Source: Ptychomitrium polyphyllum | Lineage: Eukaryota | Assembly: GCA_973851085.1 (NCBI GenBank) | Contig: OZ316776.1 | Location: forward strand, 3,720,001 to 3,784,000 | Reading direction: 5' to 3' | DNA length: 64,000 bases | Part shown: in pieces, positions 13,516 to 24,299 of the stretch | How the letters are laid out: every line of letters begins with the position of its first letter | How positions within the stretch are numbered: position 1 is the stretch's first letter | Translations under genes and position numbers: made by a program | Notes under the pieces: model-generated | Database searches by the model: none | Told to the model about the DNA's origin: nothing | The model's input: the letters and a program-made list of their open reading frames with translations, nothing else

Positions 13516-14529
13516 TTATGGGTTCTCAGCTGCCTGGTACCCAGAGATGCACATTGAAATTTTGCAGTTGTTCTAGTTGATTGCTAAGCTTTTCCTTTAG
13601 AACGAGGGTTGCGGTTTCACACTCTACTGAACAGCAAAGGACGCCCACACGTATAGGCTATGTCGATTTCTGTAATCATGAAAAGCTGAAGCGGTCTCAT
13701 TGAATTGGCCATCGTGTAAGCAAGTCTAGAAGGGCTCTTGTGGGTGATGATGAATTCTTAAGTGAGTTCAGGTTGAGTTGATCCTCATTCAAGCAGAGGT
13801 TCTAAGTGCAGATTCATATCTTCTCTCTCGCTATCCCTTTTTCAGCTTTTTCAGGTGATATTCAAACTTGAGTACAAAGTGCCTCCTCTTTTGAGCCCTC
13901 GTAGGTTCTCAAGACAGAATTTTTTAGTGTCATGGAATGATGGACTTCCGTCAGTCTATTAGTTGGTTGCTAAGAAACTTTCTGATTTGAGATTTGGAGT
14001 TGAAAAAATGTCCCTCATTCTATAATTTTCTAGCTTGCAATCCCAATTGCTCTTGACATTTGTTGCATCTCCTGCTGTGACATCTTGAGCCGATGTCATT
14101 TCACATTCTAATCCCCAACGTATTCCATAAACTATTTGGTTGGTTTAGATGCTTATACTTCCTTCTCTTTCCCTTCGGAGCAAACCCTAGTTATGTAACT
14201 AAGTTATTTCAATGAGTAACATAAAACTGAAAACGAAATAATGTAATTTTTACATTAATTGTAGTATTGAAGATTATTTTTTAATCACATCTATCAAACT
14301 TTGTACAAGTTTTAAATACTTTTTAGTAGTCTTCATGTTCATTTTAAAACCGTCGACCACATCTAAAACTCCACACTAGATACCACCAGCTACAATGGAC
14401 ACACTAAACCTACAAAGGGCGTAGGTAAGACACCTCATGTGAACGCTTCCCCTTCTGGAGGTATTCCATTTGCTATGCTGCTCAGCCTCTCAGACACGCT
14501 CACATGAGGAATCCAGGCGGTGCTTGATT

Positions 14530-14648
14530 GATACCTATACGATACTCAGGTGATTATGGTACCCGTTATTTACTCAGGGGCCATCGGTACTCGCCGATTG
14601 ATATCTATACGATGCTTCTGCATTTCCTATATGATACTCGTGTCATAT
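14530..14648. repeat. Degenerate 11-bp-period G(A/G)TAC array upstream of the 14940 gene
   Basis: Cores at 14530, 14541, 14552; 14558, 14569; 14586; 14600, 14611, 14633, 14644. Confidence 0.6.
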
Positions 14649-14939
14649 CCGCGAAGACCCGACGAGTGTGTCGACGCTCATCTTCCAAAATGACAACTTT
14701 GACAAACTCATGTCGCGGCTCTCGTTGTGGTAGATCGTCATCACGGCGTTTCCATTTCGCGTTTGACATCATCGTCGTCGCAGCACTTAGATCCGAGGTT
14801 GGTTGCCTCGATTGAATCACTATTTGCAAGGAGGAAACAGAGAGGAGAGGAAAGGGGAGGGGAGAACAGAGAGGGGAGGGAGGGAGGGAGGGAGCGAGAG
14901 AGAGGGAGGGGAGAGGGAAAAGGGGGGAGGAGAGATTTG

Positions 14940-15875
14940 ATGGCAGACAAGCCGGCGAGAGCGCTCGTGATCTATGGCGACGGGATCATGCCCGCTGTGG
15001 AGGGTCGCCACGAGCATCTGCATCGGCTTGCGGCGTCTGGGTCCTGCGGGTTTCTCGCATTGCGAGCTTTACCCTCGTCTCTTCGCGAGGGGGAACGAGT
15101 GGTGACGGAGCTTGCGCAGCTGCTCGATGTGAATGATATTTATACGGAGAAGGCACGTAAGGAGGATAGCGCGGGGGAAGTTGTTGATTTGGCGAAGGAT
15201 GGCGCGTTCATGGGCCTAGCGGAGAGGTTTATGGGCATGAAGTCCACTTTTTTGACGAACTCGAAGGTTGCCCTTTCGTTGAGTAAACGAGCTGGATTCT
15301 CTGTAAGTTCGTTGGAGGAATTCGGCGTTGCGAGCGATGCCAGGGTTACAGCCTCGAAGGCTCTCGGGTTATTGGGTTTCAATGAGGCTACCGACACGAA
15401 AGATTCGCCGAACGAGTTGGTGTTGGTGCATCTGGATGCGAAGAGCGGATCCTCCGCCGAGAGCGGAGCAGAGTTTCTGAACTCCTTGGTAGAATGTGTA
15501 CAGGAATCGTCGAAGGAAGACTCGCTTGCATGTGGCCGACTTTTCTTCGTAGTAGTATTAGGGTATGGGGACGCATCCGCTTCAGGGAAGAGTGTTCCGA
15601 GTTTTAGAGATGGGATTGAGTTGCCATCTGCACTTGCAGCGTTGCGCCCGCGCCAGAGCTACACGATGAAGGCAGGCAAGCCTGTGGAAGGCATCCGGGA
15701 GGAGTATCCTTTGCTGGCAGTGTACAACCAAGTTGCTGTGACTCGACGCGACGAAGTTCAGCATTTCTTGTTTGAGGATTTCCAGAATCGAGCGGGTAAC
15801 CTTGTCATGTTGGCTGATCGGTTTCTATATGAAGTTGCTTTCAAGTTGTGGAAGGCGCCTAAGTATGGCGCTTGA
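14940..15875 (+). CDS. Intronless conserved plant protein (311 aa) with a degenerate ApgM/alkaline-phosphatase-superfamily fold
   Basis: ATG at 14940 (MADKPARALVIYGDG...) follows a GA-rich 5' UTR; the ORF ends EVAFKLWKAPKYGA*. Both termini resemble a conserved uncharacterised plant family as I recall it. The longer ORF call from 14727 translates the purine-rich UTR. Confidence 0.88.
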   Translation: MADKPARALVIYGDGIMPAVEGRHEHLHRLAASGSCGFLALRALPSSLREGERVVTELAQLLDVNDIYTEKARKEDSAGEVVDLAKDGAFMGLAERFMGMKSTFLTNSKVALSLSKRAGFSVSSLEEFGVASDARVTASKALGLLGFNEATDTKDSPNELVLVHLDAKSGSSAESGAEFLNSLVECVQESSKEDSLACGRLFFVVVLGYGDASASGKSVPSFRDGIELPSALAALRPRQSYTMKAGKPVEGIREEYPLLAVYNQVAVTRRDEVQHFLFEDFQNRAGNLVMLADRFLYEVAFKLWKAPKYGA

Positions 15876-16699
15876 ATTGTTTTATCAATAGGAATGTGTT
15901 AAGCCCACTCATTCATTTCGAAACTAGCTTCCCGATTCTGAATGCCGATTTGAACTCAAGTCGATTGAGTTCTACACTGTATGTGAAGTTTGTTTTATTT
16001 TGATTTATTTTCTCACACAAAAACGAAAATTTTGTTCTACTGCAAGAGAATCGTATTTGGAGTTCAGAACTGCAGAATTTGCATCTCACTGCAAAAGAGG
16101 AGCACAAGCAGTTTCAACTTTGGCAGGTTTGGAGTGTAAAATTTTTCTTTTATCGTCGACAGTATATTTCGCAGTTTACATTGCGATTTCTGCCTAGTTG
16201 TTCAGTTGGCTCTTCCCATATTTAGGCTCACATTGAGAAGAGCCTGAAGATGGGAAGACGTGAAATATAACAATATACATGCCATTTACAAATCAATACT
16301 CGATCTACTCGTGACAATGCAGTCGTGAAATAGAATTGTTATTTTAACAAGGTTTGGAACAAGTTGACAGTTGTTGATTCAACTACCACCACACAAACCA
16401 ACAATATCAATCATTTAAAGTAGACAAGTAATTTTCGCTTACATTACACTTGTCATATATTTCATGTTTGTATCTAGTGACAATACTTGCATTCAAGCTA
16501 AGGGAGGCAAAATTTAATGTCAACATTGCCTGTCTACAACTTCCCATGCGATATATAACTCGATAAATAAAGTTCCTTTTGTTGTAATGAAGTAGCGGAG
16601 CTGGGCTGACAACAATCTCCGTTCGCCAGTTATGAAAGTAAGAACCTCATAAATTGCCTCAGCAGTTGGACATGATGGAATCGGGGCCCTCATACGCTA

Positions 16700-17643
16700 A
16701 ATCAACGCAGCGTATTAGCACAAATCCGTCTTTGATGTGGAGAAATGATCTCCTCGCAGGTCATCTCATCAGCTTCAGTACTGTCAAGTAAAATTTTCTC
16801 CAATTTAAATGAATTGGTCACCTCGACTTCAGTTTGCTCGTGTAAAACGTCTGGTGAATTTGGAAACTCAAGGCGAGCTTGAGGCCACCCTTGGCCTTAA
16901 AGCAGTGTCTTCCTCAATAAACTTCTGATAATCTTCCAAAGATAATGTCATATTATCTGGGAGCTTAGCAGGTTCGATAATGCTTGGCTTGGACAGATTG
17001 TCTGACAAGCTGGGGAAGCCTGCAAGGTGAATTTGATCTTCATACAGATTCTCCCCATTCTAAGGAAATTCACTGAAGATCATGGCGGCTAATATCAATG
17101 ATTACAATTTTGGCGTCCAGTCGACAATCGTCTACTTCTGTTTTTGCTATATCATTTTCAGGAATCTGAGGCTGGGCTCTATGTCGGCCATCTTTGGAGA
17201 CATGATCGAACATTGAGGCTGAACAAGGTACGCGTCGTGTCAGTATGGACAAGGTGCCTTTCTACGCCGTCGGTAACGAGGCCATCTAAAAGGTTACTTG
17301 CTGCCGAAGCCTTGAAGCATAGCTGTGAAGTTCCGAAAGTTTTCTTGTTACTGTGTATCTTATACTTGAAGCGGTTATCCTCGGCCTCTCCGCAATGAGG
17401 GCACCATCTCAGCAAATACCGCCGCTCCTCTCAGCACTTTTAATCAAGAATTTTGATAACCTTCTGAAGATCCAGTTTCAAGGTGCGGGGCTGGTAGCCA
17501 AGCGTGTTTGAAGACAATGGTCTGGTGAATTCATTGCAATGAGGAGCTTGGGGTGATATATGTAGAGTTTTCTCAAGTAAATTAATTGCGTACAAGGGTG
17601 GTGTGTTTTGAATCTGATTTGGATGATGGATTGGCAGCGTGGC
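16700..17643 (-). pseudogene. Decayed gene fragment, possibly a divergent Dof-like zinc-finger gene
   Basis: One frame reads ...KLDLQKVIKILD*KC*EERRYLLRWCPHCGEAEDNRFKYKIHSNKK... through two stops. After a TGCAG acceptor near 17020 a second exon-like block reads FPSLSDNLSKPSIIEPAKLPDNMTLSLEDYQKFIEED and contains a frameshift. Confidence 0.35.
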
Positions 17644-18225
17644 TTAATTTGTGAGTGAACTACAAGTGGAACGCGGGTTGATGCTCTTGGTCTCGTTTAT
17701 CTTTGAAATAGTGAGTCGAGTAAATTCAGCCGTTGAAGCAGAGGGTACAACTGATTGGTCACATTGCAGGAGAGCTGGCGTTGCGTTGAGGTGAAGTAAT
17801 AAGCTTGTTGAATAACTCAATAGCATACAGTCTCAAGCCTATTATAATATTCAGCTCTAAGGGCGCTGCAAAATATGGTACATCTGTGTTCTGCATTGAT
17901 TGAATGAAAAAATATCTAGACTGCTAAGTGGAGATTTTAATGCAAAAGCATCCAGAAATACGGAAAACGTTAGGTAAAACCTCTAGAAAGAGTTGGAACT
18001 CACCTGGGAGTCCCAGATCCATAATCCCCAATAAGCCCAGATTAAGCTCGACCTATAGCATTGCAATCATCTCCGAACCAACAGCAAATGCAGACTTTGG
18101 TTCAGACTATTAACTACTTTAAATTAGGCTAGTTGGTAAGCAAAGAAATCTACGAATGATCTTCACAATAGCACATCTGAGATACTGTACGGCAGAAGAG
18201 TGCCATCAAATTACACAGGCTTAAG

Positions 18226-21200
18226 TTAGGCTGCTTGCAGGCCAGAGTCAGCCACCTTGCTTGCTGGAATACGTTGCCTCTTCTCAACATAGGATGATGG
18301 AAACCATCCTGCTCTACCTCTGCATTCTCCTTCTGACCATCCAGTTGAAGATACCTGGATAGAAAAAAGCCATCAGAGCCAACAACTAAAGCAAAACGTA
18401 CGTTCAGAAAGCTGTATAGTTTCCATTGAGAAACTGTCGAGTCCCGAGAACCATGCATAGTATCAACCTTCACAAGTTTATTCTGGTTGAAACCGAGGGA
18501 GATTGGGATAATTTTACCTGGCGGACAACCACATAATCTCCAACAGATAAACTCAGTTCTCCTGCATCTTCTGCTTCAAATGGATGCATTACCTGCAAAA
18601 AGACAAACCGATGTTGATCACAGAGCCAACCAATACAAATATACAAGACTCCACTAATAGTCATATTATGCTTGATCAAATAAGATAAAGGACGAATCAT
18701 GACCCTTCAACACAACAAGCAGATTGCTGCACTCCACAGTTACTGTCAAGAAGTACCTCAGCAAGGAAGTACAAGGATTTTGCTGTCTTTGGGCCACCAT
18801 CAGCAGAAGCATGCTGCGATGCACCGTTGACCTTAACATCGTCGTATGATGGTGGTGGCATGTAGGTATCGCCTGTTGATGGTGCATTTGACTCACTGCG
18901 TTGTCGCTCAGCCACCATCTGCAAGTTACAGTTTAATGTTGGGTTACTACTTTCCACATCCCTGCTACAAGCAAGATGAAATCAACATGAATTCTCTCTA
19001 CCTATAGAAGCAATGACAAAATAAATTCCGACATATTTCACGAGTACGAGTGTAATGACCACAGTCACCTCTTAATTCGAAATCACCTTCTAGCTCCAAG
19101 AGCACACATCATACGTTCAATGGTCATTATCACACAAGACTTGCCATGTATCAAACCCAGAATACAATAGCACATGCCTCACACACCATTATTCATTGCT
19201 AAATATGTACTTTCAGGAGTGTATACCTGTGCTTGAAGCTGGTCCAAAATCTCTGCGGCCCGTTTATGATATGCCTTTTCAGCGTCAACCTAAAGCAAGC
19301 AACAAGGTCAGCATGATTGTATGAAGATTGGGATTAGATTCAGCAACAGCAGGATTGCACTTGCAAAATATAAGACCATGGAAGCAAGTTAACCTGACCT
19401 CATCCTCAGTCATTTCATACCTATTCACAAGCATATGCATATCGCTGATGCTAAGGCAATGCATCAGTCCACAATTTTCAGGTAACGAGCTCTCCTAGGA
19501 TTTTTCCATGAAGTGCTTTGTGTTACTGGTCCTTAAACTGTACAATAATCCGAATCATTTCATATATGAAGAAATACTTCATCAATACTTGACCTTCTCA
19601 ATGCTAAGAGCAGAAATCATGAAACTGACCATAGATATCAGTCGCTGCAAAGTTAGGCGCTGTTGCTGAGCTTCTACCGAAGTCATGGCAGCGGCAGCCT
19701 CCTTCCCAAGTACACCCATAGCTGACAGAAGTTCTCCCATTTTTTGTTCAGCTAATTGAAGCTTCTGATCGTTCTCTGTATTTCCCTCCTTGCTCCTAAC
19801 CTGCCTTCTTCCAACATCCAAAGCCTGCCCAAAGGGATTGAAAACAAAAGTTCAATGAATGCAAAAAAGAGAAAGGTATTTTATTCCAAAATGTTATAGG
19901 TTTTTGCATCTTAATCATCTTCTTTCATTTTAATCACAGCTGCAAAAGTTTCTACTTACAACCATCTTTTCCACCATGGTTCCTCTGTTACACTTGAGTA
20001 GGGTCAGTATGTTAAGTCGGTCATTATGTAAGAATACATCAACAACGTGACCCCCGAATTCACTACAACACACGCACCCAATGATACGGCAATGACCAAT
20101 TTACTTCCTCTTTGCTTCTAACCATATTTGCGTCTTCCTCTTCATCTTCACTTTGCAGGTCAATTGTTTTTATTGTTTTATCCTTGACTTGTCATTTTGT
20201 TGGTTTGCTTTAAAAAATACATAGAAGCTATGCCATGCACCCTTGCCACCATAATAAAATACTTACAACAAAATATAATTTGTGTATTTTAATTGTCCTT
20301 GTGTATGTAAAAAGTTCAACTAGTAAAAGATACCAAACCTTTTTATATTTCTATACGCAGTTTACACTTCCATCTCATCAAAAACATTTACTTTAACTAC
20401 ATGACTATTTTGATACTAGGTTTTATAAAAAGAAATACAATTAGCTTTTACTTTGCTTTAATTTTTCATCACAAAGTTGATGCCCTCCAAAACCTGATTC
20501 TATACAAGCTATATAATGGAACAGCAACTAAGAATGGTGTCGATCTGAAGTCTTGTTTCACAATACTACACTAATACTCCAAATATGAACGCAAGCATCC
20601 CTACTAAACTTCTTGAAAGCCCAACATTGCAGCCTCTAACTAGGATTTCAACCTCAAAATCATGCTGCAATAGTTGCAATTCTAAATATGTTGCAGGAAA
20701 TTTCGTCCGATTAAAAAGACATACCTGAGCTTCAGCCTCTTGACGTAAGCGCTCATAACGTTGTGTTAGGTGACGAGCATCTTCTAAAGGAGCGCCCATC
20801 ACCATCGCTCTCAACGGTTCTGCTATCTGTTGAGCATACCAGACTGTGTCCTTAGTGTACCTAGGACATAATTGCGATGTTCACAGTACACATGGAGCAA
20901 ATAATTCCTAAAGACGAAAACTAGGACTTCATCAACGTTTATGGCGTAGAAGCCCTAGATTGTTCGAGAACCGGTAATTTCCCTAAGCAGTACAAACAAA
21001 ATAAGCAAAAATACTCGTAAACTGGCATGCCGCAAGTATGATTGTCTAGCAAGTGAAACCATACTAGCAGAAATAGACCCACTCACATCTTATAGCCTGT
21101 AATGGAACTATAATACCAGAATCAAGGAGTGCCCAAAATACTTCTACATAAGATTAGACAATAAACTAACCTGAGTGCCAATGGATCGATGCATGTTATC

Positions 21201-22057
21201 ACGCTCCCTCTCCATCTGTGTACGTGCTGTTCCAAAATACATGGAAGCTCTTGCAAGAGCCCCTGCATTGCTTGGTCCTTCCGTAGCATACTTGCGACAA
21301 TCCTCTGCAAGCTTGTTTGCTGCAAAAGACCGACATGAAAATTCCACTTAGTAATTGATCAAATAGAAGCCAGAAACTTAGGAAGAGTATTTAGTAAAAC
21401 AATCATGCTAAAAGCTGTCTCTCGAAAAACGTAAATACTTAGACAACAGAACTGACAAGTGATGACTAAGACCCATCAAATAAAGCATACCAACTTCGAG
21501 TTGTTTGACGCCAGTAGATATGATGCCCTCAACGCCACGCACAATTTCTCGTTGGAAGTGCTGCAAGTAAGAACATGAAATTTAGAAATTGCTCAACATT
21601 GCACAATACGTGTAGTATCCCCAGAGGCTTCCCATTGCCCCAAACTACTACTCAAATTATAATTTCCATGCACAAAACAGCAAGGGTACTGCAACCAACT
21701 CTCTTTATGACTGCTATCTCCCTAAAATTCTGGAGAATGCAGCGGACAAACCTTAGCAGCTTTTGTGGAGATATAAAGCCTCTCGAGCTGCTGGTGTCGT
21801 TGAAGCTCTGCCTCATCGAGAATCAAGCTGTCTCCTTGTGAGTGGCCTGAAAATGTCTTCAAGACGGCCTGAATACACAAATATTCGGCCAAGATATGTG
21901 AGTGCCCATAAGAATGAATACGGTTGAAGGATCCAAAGTATACTACAACTAGAGCCCAGAAAAGGTACTGTATAAACAACATCTCAACGTCAAGTACCTG
22001 TTGTTGCTTGGCGACTTGCTCTCTAAATGCACTTGCTCGTTTCCTGATAGCATCCAT
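18226..22057 (-). CDS. SH3P: Plant BAR-SH3 domain protein (SH3P1/2/3 family)
   Basis: MDAIRKRASAFREQVAKQQQAVLK, LERLYISTKAAKHFQREIVRGVEG, MVMGAPLEDARHLTQRY, VEAQQQRLTLQRLISMV; SH3 domain YFLAEVMHPFEAEDAGELSLSVGDYVVVRQVSSTGWSEGECRGRAGWFPSSYVE. About 10 GT-AG exons; TAA at 18228-18226. Probable untranslated first exon at ~22.9-23.3 kb. Confidence 0.93.
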
Positions 22058-23498
22058 TTCTGCACACAACAGATGGGACATCAGTGGCATTCAAACTCCA
22101 GTACTTGCAAATGCCTAACATTACATTTTTGAACAGACAGCACCACTGTAAGATAGTACCCTTTGATTTAATTCATCTGAGTTGCTATTTTCAGCATTGC
22201 TCATTGAATACCATACTTTTAGAAGGTAACGCTTCGGTGTCATTTGCTTGCAGAGTATAATGACAAAGCACAGGTTAATCATAGCCAAGCTCCTTCTAGA
22301 GCTCACGTTATATTTAAGTGCGCACCATATCTTAAGCTCATACACCATTTGAAACTCTAAATTGAGCTGAATTAGTGCAGCGTCCTACTTTAATGCCAAG
22401 TCAAGCTTCTGTACAACTGATTGGCTCCATGCAAGCTGAAATTCCCGTAAGGTATCCCTCCTTTATGTCAGAATTTTACAAATGACTAGCGTTATCGACG
22501 GCTACACTCTCGAATCCTTTTCATTATCTCCCCTTCTGCTACATATCGCAGGTAGTATCAGGCCACTAAAGCAGCCTGAAAATATAAGGCCATCTTAAGC
22601 ATGAAAATTGACAACCTCAACATCTGACCATATCTGGGCACTCAATAGTTCATAATCATACAACGAATTCATCTACGAAACATGAACTACAGTTAAGCTC
22701 AAATCTCAATGCTCCTCACAAAACAACCAGCTCATCAAGATCATTTCACGTCACGACCGACGAACCTAGCACACAAGAAAACGACAATCTTAACAAACAC
22801 CTAAACCTCCAAAACATAACACATTCCGAAACAGAGCACGAAACCCTAACAACACCAACACCGACCGAAACAACCAAAACCGGAGCTTACAGATCGCCAA
22901 CACCTTCAAAAGGAACTTCTTCTCACAATGCCAGCCACAATTCCTATAAAAAACCTCCCTCCACCCGCCAACAACGCTCCAAGCCCGCTGGACAATACTT
23001 CAGATCCCTCGCACTGACGATCGGAGCTCAAAAAAAGCCTTTCCTAGCTCCCAGAACCACCTCGTCACGTCCTCACCAAAACTAGCCACCCGAAACTAAG
23101 CCCTGGGGCCGCGATCTAAAAACTCTAGCGCTAGGCACTCTCTGCCTAGAAAGGGGACACACCAGGACAACAGAGGACGATCTGAGGCGTCTCAGGGGGA
23201 AATACAACAATCAACACATGCCTGGAGAGAGTGCGAGGAGACGAAAACTAAGACGACGAAAGGGAGTGGAAGGAGCATGATGAGAGGGAAGCTCTAAGGT
23301 GTCTGAGCTATGGCGACGAATACTACCGAGCGATGCTGGCGTTGAAAAACCAAACGTTTGGTGATTCCTTCGAGTTTCATGGTAACGTCGCCACTTTGTA
23401 GGTTGAAACCAAAAGAAATGCACTCCAAATCCACCACTACATCCAAGAACAGTCATTCAGGCGTAAAATCTAATAAAGGCGTAGATGATATGGGGTTT

Positions 23499-23880
23499 CC
23501 TATATTGTGCCGGGGAATGATCCGACCTGTTGCACACGACCAGGCCTACATGCAATTTACCACTCTATAGAAGAAATTTTCACCTAAAACCGTCACTGCA
23601 TCGAGAAACTAACATCATCTACTGGAAGCAGACGTTGCAGTTCGAGAGGTTTACGAGAGTCGTAGATATTTTTCAGATATACGGATAGGTACGGTATGCA
23701 GATTGCAAATGTTCTATAAATTTGAAAATTACGTGGATTTCAGTGTACACATCCGGTGGATGATGTCGGATTTTGAGTGTGGTGACGGTTTTGGGTGTAG
23801 GATTCTTTAGTGGTGTAATAGGTTGTTGTGCTGGACTTGGTTCTGTGTGCCATGTCGGATCATTCCTGCAGCGTGGTAGG
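23499..23880. mobile_element. Degenerate fold-back (MITE-like) element, AAAACCGTCAC family
   Basis: Inverted arms: GGAATGATCCGAC (23514) with GTCGGATCATTCC (ends 23866); AAAACCGTCAC (23586) with GTGACGGTTTT (23782); ACATCATCTACTGGA with TCCGGTGGATGATGT. Confidence 0.6.
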
Positions 23881-24299
23881 TGGGTTGTAGAGGTGCGGTT
23901 TACAAACTTGGGTTAAGTTTCACTATTGAAGTGGAAAATTTGCAAACTAATCTTATTCTACTATGAGGAAGGGTAAGGTTTTGAGGAAGTCTCGAACAAC
24001 CACTCCTATTTTAATGCCTTTACTTCCTTTATGATCATCTTTAAATCAACGTATACTTTATCCAAAGCATAGGCAACCTTTACACCTTTCTAATAAACCT
24101 CATAAAAAGTCTTTTTATAAACGTACAAAAACGAACTTTTTTGAAAAACTTATTATATTTAATTGGAATTGATTGCAATATAGGATTCCATGACACCACA
24201 TAACTTTTTGTTAATTTGTAGCATTCAAATTTTTTTTAAAACACCATTGACACATGGTGATAGAAAATATTAAATTTTTATTTTGTTTAATAACATACT

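Noticed and set aside
14727..14939. N-terminal extension of the 382-aa ORF (RGEERGGENREGREGG...)
   Set aside because: It is a translation of a GA-rich 5' UTR from a non-ATG start; the family-like sequence begins at ATG 14940.
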